Source of the DNA: the human T2T-CHM13v2.0 reference genome, Homo sapiens
NCBI RefSeq assembly: GCF_009914755.1
Contig: NC_060931.1
DNA length: 64,000 nt
Reading direction: 5' to 3' (one strand)
The notes under the pieces were generated by a model. It saw nothing but the letters and a program-made list of their open reading frames with translations. It was not told the origin of the DNA and did not search any database. Numbering within the stretch: position 1 is the stretch's first letter; every line of letters begins with the position of its first letter. A program made the position numbers and the translations under genes. This document shows, in pieces, positions 48,506-64,000 of this stretch.

Positions 48506-49175
48506 AAACAGTTCCAAATCCCCTATCTCTAAAATTGGGTGAAAAAGCCTTCCCTGCCTCTGAGAGTGATGAGGGTTGAATTTGTCACATGTCTAACACC
48601 CTCAGAAAATGATCCAGCCCAAAGTCAGTGATAAGTGACACCATTGAAGAGTGTGATGGTCTTTCCTGTCCTTCTGCTGGCTCATGTTCAGGGATGGTCA
48701 GCCCTTGGGCACAGTCCTTCACCTCTCTGGGCCTCAGTTTCCCCACACAGAACAGATGTGTTGGGACAATGCCCAAGGCCCCTCTCCTTCCCTGCAGTGG
48801 TGTTCCCCACTGGTTACATGCTGGCATCACCCTTCCCAGGATCTGGAACGAAGGTTACTGGGGGCAGGGCCTGCGGATTTTATTCTGCTGCTCTGGACGA
48901 TGAGGGGTAAAAGACAGGGGTGACCTGTGCTCCCCCCAACTGGAGAAGCCTAACTCTGGCATTTGATGGTCCTGGCGGGTGTGCACATATGTGCATATAT
49001 GACCAAGTGTGTGTATGTCCACACTTCGGTGTTTCCATCTATGTGGCGGGGTGTGGAGGTGGGAAGTCCTAGCCGTGTGTGCACAGAGGGAGGGGCTGCT
49101 GTGCTGAAGGTCACAGCCCTCATTCTGGTCCTCAGATGAGGAAGATTGAAGAGTCTTTCCATATTTGTCGATATC

Positions 49176-49333
49176 AGTGTTTTGTTAATCTTTTCTGCAC
49201 ATTGGAAAACATTATAAGAATGTGGGTGCCTGAGGCCTACCCCAGAGGCCCTGATTTAATTGATCTGGCGGTGGCCTGGGCCCAGGATTTCAAAGCTCCC
49301 TTGGTGTTTTAATGTGCATCCAGTTGGGCACTG
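49176..49333. mobile_element. MER5-like hAT MITE remnant
   Basis: cagtg...cactg termini; ccccagagg.ccctgatttaattgatctgg...aagctccc. Confidence 0.6.
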
Positions 49334-49990
49334 CTGCTCCTTGGGGCAGACAGAGGAGGCTCAAGCCCAGATTTGCTGGGGCTGTTCCCAGTCTGAGGGC
49401 TGAGGAAGCTGGTGTGTGTGTGTGAGGGAGGCTACCTGTAAGCTATTACCTCCTTGAATTACTGGGTAAATATTGACAGGAGGCGCTCGTGTCCCAGCAG
49501 CTACCTGTGGTTACCAGGGGCATATTCCTGGCTCAGTGGGATAGATGTGTCTGGCTGGGGCTCTAGATGGGCCACACAGAGGGGAAGGGTATCCTTGAAG
49601 GACGCAGTGGCAGGACCCTCCAGTGGAGAACAGGGCTCTTCAGACAGGCATGTCCATGTGCAGTGGAAGCCCCGGGAGATGAGGTTGGGCTGAATTTTGC
49701 TCATTTGAGCTTTGAGAGCTTCGGCAGGGTTTCTAATCTCTCCGAATCTCAGTCTCAATCTGTGCAAAGACAGCAGCAGTGACCTGCAGTGTTACCATGT
49801 GGATGAAATGACACCATGGCGCACAAAGCACTATCACACAGCAGTCAGTCAATAAACAGGTGTTTCTTTTTTCCGAATGGATGAGAGAACTGGTGGGCTG
49901 CCTGGTCTGTTGGAAGGTGCCTGGTCTTCTTGCTGTGGCAATTCCATGCCTCCTGGGGAATGGGGGGAAGAGACTGAACTCCTTTCCTTC

Positions 49991-50371
49991 TGGGTAGGGG
50001 CTGAATTGTGTGCATCCAAAATTCATATGTTGAAGTTCTAACCCCCAGTAGCTCAGAATGTGACTGTATTTGGAGAGTCTTGAAAGAGGTAATTAAAGTT
50101 AAACGAGGTCATTATGATGGGCCCTAATCCAATATGACCGGCATATTTATAAGAAGAGGAGATTAGGGACATAGTCACGCACAGAGGAAAGACCCAGTGA
50201 AAACACAGGGAGGAGGCGACAGATTCTACAAGTCACAGACAGAGGCCTCAGAAGAAACTGATCCTGCCAACCTTGACTTTGGACTTCCAGCCTCCAGGCT
50301 GTGAGGAATGATTTTTGTCATTAAAGCTCTTGCATCTATGGCACTTTAGGCAGCCCTAACTGACAGATACA
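49991..50371. mobile_element. MaLR solo LTR (MLT1B-like)
   Basis: ggctgaattgtgt...aaaattcatatgttgaagttctaacccccagt...ggccctaatccaatatgac...ggacttccagcctccag...ataca. Confidence 0.82.
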
Positions 50372-51079
50372 CTTCCCCACCTCAACCCCACTCCAGCCCT
50401 AGAGCACATCAGCCATATCAGCACTCACCCTCCTCCTGCAATGTCTAAATCCTTCATCTTTCCCTTCTCCCATCTTCCAAGTAACACCAGTCACCAAGTC
50501 CTAAAGTCTCCCAGCTTTTCCTCCACTATAACCTTCGGCCTCCCAGGCCTCCTTCTGTGTCATCGCCACAGCCTCCACCACAGACATGTCTGTCAGCTTT
50601 GCACATGAGCACACGATGGGGCGGTGTTCAGATCCTGATGCATTAGACTCCAGGAGAGTCCAGATCGCTGGGCTGGATGGCCAGCCCTCCATGGCCAGCC
50701 ATGTCTTTCTTCCACCACAGGCTGCATGGACATCTGGACAGTACCTGCATAGTTTCCAGAACATGCCATATTACTCTCATGCCTCTGGGCCTCTGGGCAT
50801 CACTGCCTGAGACCTTCCTCTCTTTCCTGCCCATCGAACTCCTATTCATTCTTCAAAGGCCTCTTTCAGTGTTTCTCTCCTGGAAGTTCTTCCCTCTTTC
50901 CTTCCAGCGCAACACTTCACCTGTGTGTCTTCCTCCCTGCCAGAGTGTGAGCTGAAGACACCAGGGGCCATGCTTTATTTATCCTCACATCCCAAGCATC
51001 TAGCCCAGCATCTGGGGGCATAGTTGGTGCTCAATAAATGTTTCTCAAGTGAAGGAAATGAATGAGTAGTTTAGGTCAG

Positions 51080-51277
51080 ATTTTTTGGCCAGAGAATTCT
51101 TTGCTGGGGAGAAGGGGTCGTCCTGTGCATGGTAGGATGTTTAGTGGCATCTCTGGCCTCTGTCCATTAGATGTAGGTAGCCCTCCTGCCCCCACTCCCA
51201 AGTTGTAACAACCCAAAACATCTACAGAGATTGTCAAATGTCCCCTGGGGACAAAATCCCCTTTTTGAGAACCACTG
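51080..51277 (-). mobile_element. MER20 DNA transposon
   Basis: tcctgtgcatggtaggatgtttag...caaatgtcccctggggacaaaatcccc...ttgagaaccactg. Confidence 0.8.
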
Positions 51278-52221
51278 ACGTAGGCCTGCAGGGAGTTCAG
51301 AATCTCTTGAAATTCACTGTCGGTACATCCAAGTTTAGTAGGACACAGATATTGATTTTACTAGAGCATGAACAGGAGATAAACAGCAATTTTGGAGGCC
51401 TTGTCCTGAAGTGGATTCTATTAGAAATGGTGGGAGGGAGGGGTCTTTTTCTAGTAATAAGGCTAGGGGGCTTTCTTTTCCCCTGAGATTTTGACTTGAA
51501 TTTCCTGTTAAATTCTGTGCAAAGCCAGTGGGAGAAGATACACTTTATGTACCATGCAGTGACTCTGAGAACAGTCGGGATTACAATTTTCAGAAATCAA
51601 ATTGGCACCTCTTCTGCCTCCCTCCAATTAAATCCCCTCTTTAAAAATCTTTAACTGATTTTCTCCAAAATCACCTTGTTCCTGAAGCTTCCCGGACGCA
51701 GTAAGCATCATAAAACACTTTGTACAAACCTCCTTTCGCTGGGACCATCCACGAAGTGTTGGGGACACCAAGCATCCTTCTGCATCCTTGCTGTCCATCT
51801 GTGTCTCTCTGCGCCCAGGGCAGCAGCTTAAGGAAGAGCTCCCTCCCTCTCAGGTTGGTCCTGAATCGCTCTGGTGACTGCTTCCCATGGGGTGAACTTG
51901 ACATGTTTCTAACCTCCCTGCACTCAGTTTCCCCTTTTGTAAAAGTGGGTGATAATATCCCCCTCATCATGACTGTAAAGCTGTGGGCACCCAGCAATGC
52001 CATCACCATCACAGGCCATGGCACAGAGCTTGTTTAGGGACCGGGTGGCCTGATAAGCTGCCCCTTCTGACACGAAGCACATTCTTAGGTGAGGAAGCTC
52101 CTCTCATCTGGGGAACTCTCCCAGGCCCACAAGCCCTCCTTCCTAATCACAACGTTGGCTATTGTTGTCTCCTGTTAGATATCAAATTCCTTTAAAAGGT
52201 GGCACATTGTGCCTTAGCAGT

Positions 52222-52409
52222 AGGGCTGCCAGATGAAATACAAGATGCCCAATGAAATTTGAATTTCAGATAAACAACAAATAATAAATTAGCTTATGTA
52301 TATTTCAAATATTGCACAGGACATACTATACTTAAAATTATTCATCGTTTGTCTAAAATATAAATTCAACTGAGCAGTTTGTATTTTATGTGCAAAATCT
52401 GGCAACCCT
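52222..52409. mobile_element. MER53 palindromic MITE
   Basis: Terminal inverted repeats agggctgccagat / atctggcaaccct; internal aaatttgaatttcagataaacaac. Confidence 0.82.
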
Positions 52410-52612
52410 ACTTACCAACCATTTACACCTCAGGTAAGTACGTCCATTGGATCCTTTTCAGAGAGGGAGTTTAGATAGAGAATAATTGTGAAGTTCATGG
52501 AACTACCTCTTGGGTGGTAACAAGTACGGTGGCCCTGATGGGTCATTTTGTATGGATTGGCTTACCAGCTGAGTTTTGCCTGTCATGAAACAGCTTTAAA
52601 AAACTAAGGGGG

Positions 52613-52997
<385 letters not shown>

Positions 52998-54179
52998 TCA
53001 AGATTTTTGGCAAAGAGGATCAAAAAATACCTTCTGCGGATATTATTTATTTAGCATTAATGTGGCAAAGCTAGGTCTTAGCTAGACATTTCAAGTAAAC
53101 AGGATCACGCCACATACAATTGTTTGAAACCAGAGATTTCCTGTGACCTCCAGAGTTTTAACAAGAACCAGAGAAGTGATTATTTATAGGAACCCGTTAA
53201 TTTTCCCTCCTCCCCCGTTTAATCCCAAATACAACAAATCCCGGAACGTCTGCAGACAGTGGCTTGTTTGATAGATGAAGCCAAGAGGCCATCCTCCAAT
53301 GCAGTTGTGCTGATGAGTGGAGGCTGGGGCAGCTGCCAGTCCATATACAATAATTTCAAGAAGCTGAAAACACAACTACTGAAGAAAAACATTAACCCCC
53401 AGCATACAATGTCTTTTGGTCAAGTCTCTTGGAGGGCTTTGCAAATCTCTTCTGACCTCAGCAGCTTCAAAGAGTTCCCAGGCAGAGATGGAAGCACGGT
53501 GGCTCCTTCATATTTCTCCTGGAGAAATCTATTGTCTCCAGACCCTGAACATTTGCTTATGTTTGTGTCGTGCTGTTTCTGATGCAGTTTCCTAGTTTGT
53601 AAATAGACATACCTATACATATGTTTTTATGTTAGAGAAAGCATTTGCAGAAATTAAATAAAGCCAATGAAAAACTGTATGGCTTTGACAATTGCATATT
53701 GTAAAGATGTATGATATGACTTGCTGAAATAGAGGTTCAATCAATCTAATGATCTTCCACTGTGCTTTCTGACTTTATCCCTAATTCTGAGGTTTATTCA
53801 TCTGAAATAGTTTCTCACTTTTTGGGGGGTGGGGGTGGAGGATCATGTTTTTCCTTATAAATTGCCTTCAGTAATTGTTCAACAAAACTTTAAAGACATT
53901 GGCACTAAGTAGTACAAAAGTGATATGACTGCAACTGGTAGGAAGATATCTAACCAGAAATCAACAATTTGATGGGTTTTTTTCCCCAGAGTGTATACTT
54001 TACCACCTCTTCTTATAATCATAGTAAAGGTTGTATTGCTGGAATTTAACTATTTAAAAAGCTCTATGAAAATATATTCCTCCCAAAGCCTTGCTGCATC
54101 TCGAGGGTGACCTTTGAGGAGGAAGCATCTTGGGAATAGCACACATGAAGCAGACCAGCCTCTTCCAAAACTGCCTGGA

Positions 54180-54640
54180 TCAGTCTTAATCCTCCCAGAA
54201 ACAGACGCTAAGATGGTATGAAACATGCAAAGATTTTATTAGGGGAAATGCAAGTGTGAGAGAAAATGAGGAAGGAGTAAGAGAATCTGGAACTTTCAGT
54301 CTGCAAAGCAAGTTTAAATTGGATGAAGGAGAGAGGGAGAGAAAGTTGGGTGAAATTTCTCACCCAACTTGGTCATCTTTGATGACCAAGATGCCATCAA
54401 AGGCAAGTCTGGCAAAGCAGTCAGGGAGTCATTGTGCTCATGCTGGCCACAGGAGGAGCCCGCCTGGTCTCCCTGCTGTACTCAGTTGTGGCTGGGAGCA
54501 GCCTGTGCATGGTGGGAAGGGAGGCCATCCTAGAAATGCTGCCTTTGATTTCAGAGCGGCGGTGCGGCCTGGTCAGTTAGCGCTGCCCTAGTGGGCAGGT
54601 GGGGTAGGAAGGTGTCTATAAGGCGCATTCTTAGGGCCAC
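54180..54640. mobile_element. Possible old ERVL-type LTR remnant
   Basis: tcccagaaacagacgctaagatgg...tgcaaagattttattagggga resembles LTR16/LTR33-group starts. Confidence 0.4.
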
Positions 54641-55511
54641 GCTGCCTAACCTGGCCATTTTCCTACCTACCTGATAGGGATCTTCTGGACTCTTTACATC
54701 CGTGCTTGCTTAAAGATACTTCTGCAGTGTGCAATAATTTTCTGTTTTGTGATTAGTTACTATTCATAGGTAATCCACAGATCCATCACGCTGCTTACAG
54801 CATGGCAAATGTGCCTCCTCCAGAGTTTGGTTAGCAGATTCTACAGCTAGAGAAAGCAAAGAGCTCAGGGAGTGGATCAAGTTCTGATGGAGTGACCCAG
54901 ACTGGGCTGTGTGTTCCCAAGCGAGCAGAGGGGGTAAGCTCCCTCGCGAGAAGTAATGCCCATTGTGTGTTCCGTAGTGCATCAGAGGCTAGCTCTGCAC
55001 TTGGAGCCTCTCTGCCCCTTGGCAACTCAAGTGCATCTCACTCTGATCCTGTGGCACAGCCTGGGGAAGCCCCGAGGCCTCCTGAGACTCCTGTGAAGGG
55101 CCAGCTTCTCTTCCTTATGGCCCTTGCTTTGGCCCCTACATCCAGATCTGTCAGCTCTGGTCAGCCTCCTGCCAGCTGGCATGACGTTGGACCCTTCACT
55201 TCTTCAGGCAGAAATCTCACCACTCTGGTATGTCATCCGGTTAGCGAATTCACTGCAGCTTTAAGGATCACTTCAGGTACATCCTTCTGCCACCTTGCCT
55301 CGCCTCCCTCCTCACTCCAAGTTCTTTCCAAAAGCCCATGTTTCCTGGAGCCCCGGGTTCCCCCTGACCCCATGCCCCCCACACTCCAGCTCTCTGGGGA
55401 GTCACTGCATCTGCTCTAAGAGCTTCTTTCCCAGACCCCTCCCCACCAAACCCACCTTTCTCAGGCTCCAAGAATTCTGGGGAGTAAGAGTCTCCTCTCC
55501 TTATGATCATT

Positions 55512-55800
55512 TTTTAAAGAATTCTTTTCCGAAATAATTTCAAACTTACAAAAAAGTTGCAAAACTAGTACAAAGAATCACCACATACCCAGATTTCCCA
55601 AAGGCTAACAGCTCACAGAACCACAGTAAAATGAGTGAAATCAAGAAACTGACCTTGAGGCACTTTATCGTCTAATCTGCAGGTCCCTTTCAAACGTTGC
55701 CAGTTTCCCCTCAAATGTCCTTTTTCTGGTCTAGGATCCAATTTGAGACAGGCTCACACATTGCATTTCATTGTCACATCACTTTAGTCTCTTTTAATCG
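55512..55800 (-). mobile_element. Old L1MC/ME 3' fragment
   Basis: aaataatttcaaacttacaaaaaagttgcaaaa...acattgcatttcattgtcac. Confidence 0.6.
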
Positions 55801-57092
55801 AAATTCTGGTGGCTGGGGGGGTCGGGGGGTTAGCAACATTTTTCTGTAAAAGACCAGATATGAAATGTTTTAGGTTTTGCAGGCCATGTAGTCGCTCTTG
55901 CGGTTATTTTTATTGTTTCTAAATGAATGTCTGGCAAATCTAGGCAAATAGATTCTGTAGATTAAAAAAACGCAGTCTCTGAAATATTTCCTCATTAAAA
56001 GTGCCTGACAGCCATCCACATTTATCCAGTGTGTTTTAAGCAATGCTCAGGTGGAGTGAGTGAGACAGTGCCCATGAGCACAGGCTCGAGGCTCCCCATC
56101 CTCCTTTGGACCAGGAGGAGTGGGCGCGTCCTGAGGTTGAGCCCTGACCTGGGCAGATGGCTTGCAGAGCAGCTGTGTCTGGCTTGCCGGCTCTTCCACA
56201 TCATTTAGAATGGAGGCTGCTCACGTCTCAGGGGTCTGGGACCCACCCAGCCGTCCCCTCAGTGCCCTCCTTCCCTCCCCCAATCGGAATGCCTGGGGAA
56301 CAGGCTTCACTTCAGATTCCTTCTCACCCCAGACTCTTCTTCCCCAGTGTGAGATGCTTGGAATCCCAGACAGGCAGAGTCAGCTGAGGACGGTGGGAAA
56401 ACAGGGCGGGGGCGGGCGGGGGGCGGTGTGGTCGGGACTAAGACTTCTCAGCAATCAAAGCTGGCATTGTTCTCAAAGAGTTAACCTGCATACCAGGCTT
56501 GCAATTAGCAGGGAATAATGGGGTGTGATGGCTGTAGAACAGCAGCTGGAACTGATTTTCAGCCTCACGGTGAGAAACTGCTCTGCTGACTTCCCTGCTG
56601 TATCTCCTGGTAACTTGCTGTGGGCAAGCTCAGTAGAGCAGAAATCCTCGGGGTGGGGGGAGGGAGCAATCCTTCGAATAATTTAAACAATGCAGCTCAG
56701 CCAAGCTAAATGGAGCTTATCAAATGTTACACCTCTTAAAGCTGCAATCAGGGGCGGCAGGATATTAACTGTAAAGCTCTGGGTTCTGCTCAGAGAGAAG
56801 CAAGGGACCAGACTTACTACTTAACCAAAAAGGAGGAGGAGTTTGAGAGGTGACGGGAGAGAGAATGGGATCAGCTTTGAAGCCCAGATCAAGAAGCAGA
56901 TATTTGAGGACAGGACAGGGAGACAGCCTTTACTGAGCACCTACTGTGTACGGGCCTGGTGGCTGTTTTACATAGATTGCTTTCTCTAACATTTGCCCCA
57001 GCTCTGTAGAGATATGCTGTTATTCAAATGCATTTTTAAATTTCTCTAACCTCTGCCCCAGCTCGGTACACACATGCCGTCATTCATAGGCA

Positions 57093-57400
57093 TTTTTTTT
57101 TTTTTTTTTTTTTTTGAGACGGAGTCTCCTCTGTCACCCAGGCTGGAATGCAGTAGCGAGATCTCGGCTCACTCACTGCAAGCTCTGCCTCCTGGGTCCA
57201 CACCATTCTCCTGCCTCACCCTCTGGAGTAGCTGGGACTACAGGCGCCCACCACCATGCCCGGCTAATTTTTTTGTATTTTTAGTAGAGACGGGATTTCA
57301 CCGTGTTAGCCAGGATGGTCTTGATCTCCTGACCTCGTGATTCGCCCTCCTCGGCCTCCCAAAGTGCTGGGATTAAAGGCGTGAGCCACCGCGCCCAGCC
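57093..57400 (-). mobile_element. AluY
   Basis: gcaagctctgcc, caccattctcc, ccgtgttagccaggatggtc; TSD tcataggcatttt / tcatatgcatttt. Confidence 0.9.
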
Positions 57401-57740
57401 TCTCATATGCATTTTTAAATAGTAGGGCGAATCACTTGAGACTTGTTCGCTTGCAAAAATGTTAGAAAACCCTGACTCCAACTGGCCTGAGCAAAGGGGT
57501 TTTGTTTTCCTCTCTGTCTCTTGTAGTTAAGAATCTAGTGAACAAACTTGATTCAGGACTGAAAGGATGTCAGCAGCAGCTGATCTCTCTCCACCTCTTG
57601 GGTCTGCCTTTTGCTGTGTTGGCTTTAGATTCAGGCTCCTTGAAGAGGTAAAATGGCAACAGCCACTCGGATCCCTGGTGTCCTCTGAGGTCGAGGCCCA
57701 GGGAAGAAGAACTCTCTGCTCTAAAAGTCTAAGCAGGACT

Positions 57741-58543
57741 GACTTCCAGCTCCAGCCAAGATGGAGTGAAAGACCATATTCACTCTCACCTTAAACATTC
57801 AAAACCAGTATATGAAGCAATGGTTTTTAGACAAGAAATAGCAGTCAGTGGGGGACAGGGACCCTCGAGGGAAGCAAAGGAATGAGTTGACACCCCCATT
57901 GCCCCTGCTCACTCCCTGGGGAGTTTCTAGGCTGCAGCGCTGGGACGGGAGAGTCAGGTGGAGCCTCGTGGTCTCCACGAGCAGAGGCGGACCCGGGAAT
58001 CTGGGGAGGACAGGCAGCTGCAGGTCCCAGGAGAGAGCTGCACAGAGAGAGAACTCTGGAGACCCGCAGAGGGTCCCCGCTGAACATTCAGCCGAGGATG
58101 GACCAGACCAGACCATAGCATTCACACAAAGAAACTACTAGAGCCTGGGGAAAGGGCCCCTTGAAGGAACGGGCATACCAATTCCCAGAGCTCACATGTA
58201 TCAGGAACAACTCCTGGTCCTGCCAGCCAGAGTGGAGAAAGCTTGTAAGACGGGGCATCAGGCGGAGCACTCAGAAAGCTGCCGCCTCAGTAGTGCCAAT
58301 TAGTCCAATTAGCCCTGGGCTTAAGGCTGTTCTGGTCCTAACAGACCTCATGCAAGTCTTGAAAGGAATAAACTGTTTCCAAGTGACTGAACGAGATTCC
58401 AGAATAAAAACTCAGGAACATTTGAAGAACATGTTAAAATATCCATCACCCAAGAAGGTAAAATTCACAATGTCTGTCAGTCAAGTAGAAATGACCAAGA
58501 ACACAGAAAATACGACCCTTAATGAAGAGAACTAGCAATCAAT
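57741..58543 (+). mobile_element. Old L1M 5'-region remnant, host of the L1HS; continues in pieces from 61511 to about 62980
   Basis: Starts gacttccagctccagccaagatggag; A-rich ORF1-like sequence resumes after the L1HS and Alus (gatagaattagtaaacaaggac, aacttctagagatg, atcagtgagctgtg). Confidence 0.55.
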
Positions 58544-58556
58544 AGAAATAGAGCTA

Positions 58557-61249
<2,693 letters not shown>

Positions 61250-61533
61250 ACAATGAGATCACATGGACACAGGAAGGGGAATATCACACTCTGGGGACTG
61301 TGGTGGGGTCGGGGGAGGGGGGAGGGATAGCATTGGGAGATATACCTAATGCTAGATGACACATTAGTGGGTGCAGCGCACCAGCATGGCACATGTATAC
61401 ATATGTAACTAACCTGCACAATGTGCACATGTACCCTAAAACTTAGAGTATAATAAAAAAAAAAAAAAAGAAAAAAAAAAAAAAAAAAAAAAAGAAATAG
61501 AGCTAGAAGTGATACCGATGATAGAATTAGTAA

Positions 61534-61861
<328 letters not shown>

Positions 61862-62072
61862 TATTATAAGTATTTTTTATATGTTCAAGAAGGTCGAGAA
61901 AAACACGAACATTTACAATAGAGATATGAAGCATAGAAAAGGACCCAAATATAACTTCTAGAGATGGAAAAACTCTAGTTGTTATCTCAATGTCTGAGGT
62001 AACAACTAGAGAGGATGGGATTAACAGTTTTGACATTTTAGAAGAAAACATTACTTTACTTGAAGAAATAGC

Positions 62073-62125
62073 AGGTTGGTGCAAATTAATTTGCAAAAAC
62101 TGCAATTACTTTCACACCAACCTAA
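62073..62125. mobile_element. MADE1 mariner MITE, internally deleted
   Basis: aggttggtgcaaa...gcaaaaactgcaattactttcacaccaacctaa. Confidence 0.8.
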
Positions 62126-62162
62126 TAACAATAGAAAGTATTCAAAATGAGAGTTCAGACAA

Positions 62163-62727
62163 GCCAGGCATGCTGGCTCATGTCTGTAATCCTACCACTT
62201 TGGAAGGCTGAGGTGGGTGGATCACCTGAGGTTAGGAGTTCGAGACCAGCCTGGCCAACATGGTGAAACCTGGTCTCTACTAAAAATACAAAAATTAGCT
62301 GGGCGTGGTGGAGCACACCTGTAATCCCAACTACTCAGGAGGCTGAGACAGGAGAATCACTTGAACCCGAGGCAGAGGTTGCAGTGAGCTGAGATCACGC
62401 CTTTGCACTCCAGCCTGGCTGACAGAGTGAGATTCCGTCTCAAAAAGGAAAAAAAGAAACAAGAAAATGAGAGTCTAGGTGGGGTGGCTCATGCCTGTCA
62501 TCCAGCGCACTTTGGGCACCCAAGGCAGGTGGATTGCTTGAGCTCAGGAGTTTGAGACCATCCTGGGCAACATGGTGAAACCTTCTCTCTACAAAACGTT
62601 AAAAAATTAGCTGGGTGTGGTGGCATGTGCCTGTAGTTCCAGCTACCTGGGAGGATCACTTGAGCTCAGGAGGTTGAGGCTGGAGTCAACCATGATTGTC
62701 CAGCCTGGGTGATAGAGACCCTGTCAA
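62163..62727 (+). mobile_element. Two Alus (S-like about 62163-62460; J-like about 62477-62727)
   Basis: Dimeric Alu sequences. Confidence 0.88.
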
Positions 62728-62802
62728 AGAAAGAGAGAAAGAGAGAAAGGAAGGAAGGAGGGAGGGAGGGAGGGAGGGAAGGAGGGAAGGAAAGAAAGAA
62801 AC

Positions 62803-62881
<79 letters not shown>

Positions 62882-62886
62882 AAAGA
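62728..62886. repeat. Compound (GGAA)/(GGGA)/(GAAA)n microsatellite from an Alu tail
   Basis: Nearly pure purine tract ending in a long perfect GAAA run. Confidence 0.95.
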
Positions 62887-63760
62887 ATTAATTCAAAATG
62901 AAACACAGGAAAAAGACAGGAAAATAAAAGCCCCAAATGGAACATCAGTGAGCTGTGAGACTGTATGTTGGAATCCCTGAAGGAGAACAGATGGGCAGGG
63001 CCTCTGATTTGCACACTGCCACCCTCGGGGACTTGTGTATGGGGGTGCTATGTTGTTAAATAAATGGATGGTGCTGTTGCCTTGTGACCTTGCACTCTTC
63101 CGTTGTATGGAGTTGGTCTAATAATGACAGTGATAGTGATGATGGTGATGATGACAGACCTTGATTCACTGATCACAGTACATGTGAGAATACATAGAAT
63201 CCTTTCTTTTACCCCTGCAACAGTCCTGTGAAAACTGGGTCATTATCCTCACATTACAGATGAGGAAATAAGCATATGAGGCTTGTTTGTCCCATGAAGG
63301 TGTAGCCAGGACAAGTATCTTGGGGAATCCAATTTGATTATATAAATTCACACAGTTTTGTGAGAAGTTGAGCTCCTGGATGTGATTTGAGCTAGAGGAG
63401 AGGGAATTGGGGAACAGCCCTGATTTAATCTTACATTTAACTTGAGTACATGGCAAATCTTTTTCCATCTCTGGTCCTCATGTTTTCTTCCTATAGTAGG
63501 AGAATGTTTGAACAAATTGGTTTCTATGAGCCCTTCCACTGTGAGTATTGGTTTCCATCACTTGTGGCTTGGGAATACATTTGTCCAGGCTACTTAGTAC
63601 AGTCACTTTCAGTTATGTGGCATTTATTTGTACATGAGAAGCTTGTAGCATTAATAGTCTCATAAATGACACTGAAAACAAAACTTTAAAGAATGTTGAT
63701 AATGTTTGATGACTCAAAAACTGCCACATAGTCCCCTGGTTCCCTAAACAAAGGCTATAT

Positions 63761-63762
<2 letters not shown>

Positions 63763-63805
<43 letters not shown>

Positions 63806-64000
63806 AGATGGAGTCTCACTCCAATGCCCAGGCTGGAGTGCAGTAGCATGATCTCAGCTCGCTGCAACATCTGCCTCCTGGGTTCAAGCAATTCTTCTAC
63901 CTCAGCCTCCTGAGTAGCTGGGATCACAGGCACATGCCATCATACCTGACTCATTTTTGTATTTTTAGTAGAGACAAGGGTCTTATCATGTTGGCCATGT
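63763..64000 (-). mobile_element. Alu running off the window edge, with ~42-nt poly(T)
   Basis: Right arm and linker visible. Confidence 0.9.

Noticed and set aside
54892-55419. 175-aa ORF and neighbours such as 53259-53582
   Set aside because: No recognisable domain; S/P/L-rich composition typical of chance frames. A homology search would be needed to revive them.
62696-63014. KERK-repeat ORFs
   Set aside because: They are translations of the GAAA microsatellite.

Overview
Human genomic DNA (it carries an L1HS-Ta element) from the edge of a pericentromere. I recognise no protein-coding gene; the ORF track is L1, Alu, alpha-satellite or chance frames. Layout: (1) 1-18.4 kb is diverged alpha satellite in one orientation, built mostly from two alternating ~171-bp monomer types, with no CENP-B box seen, interrupted by two solo MER11 (HERV-K11/HML-8) LTRs with perfect 6-bp target-site duplications (TSDs). 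(2) 18.4-25.3 kb is a ~750-bp unique segment plus a full-length, ORF-disrupted L1PA4-L1PA6-like element on the minus strand with no matching TSD. (3) 25.3-35.8 kb is AT-rich and Alu-poor. (4) 35.8-64 kb is GC-richer and Alu-dense, with a U6/unknown-RNA chimeric retrocopy, an L1MA, MaLR LTRs, MITEs and a 5'-inverted L1HS Ta-1 insertion. I found no new gene system. The best leads are traces of template switching and targeted insertion: the U6 chimera, a perfect 42-bp inverted repeat 6.5 kb apart, a 122-bp templated insertion, two LTRs at adjacent positions of the satellite monomer, a recurrent satellite hairpin and a possible L1 3' transduction at the satellite boundary. Subfamily names come from recalled consensus features and need RepeatMasker/Dfam confirmation.
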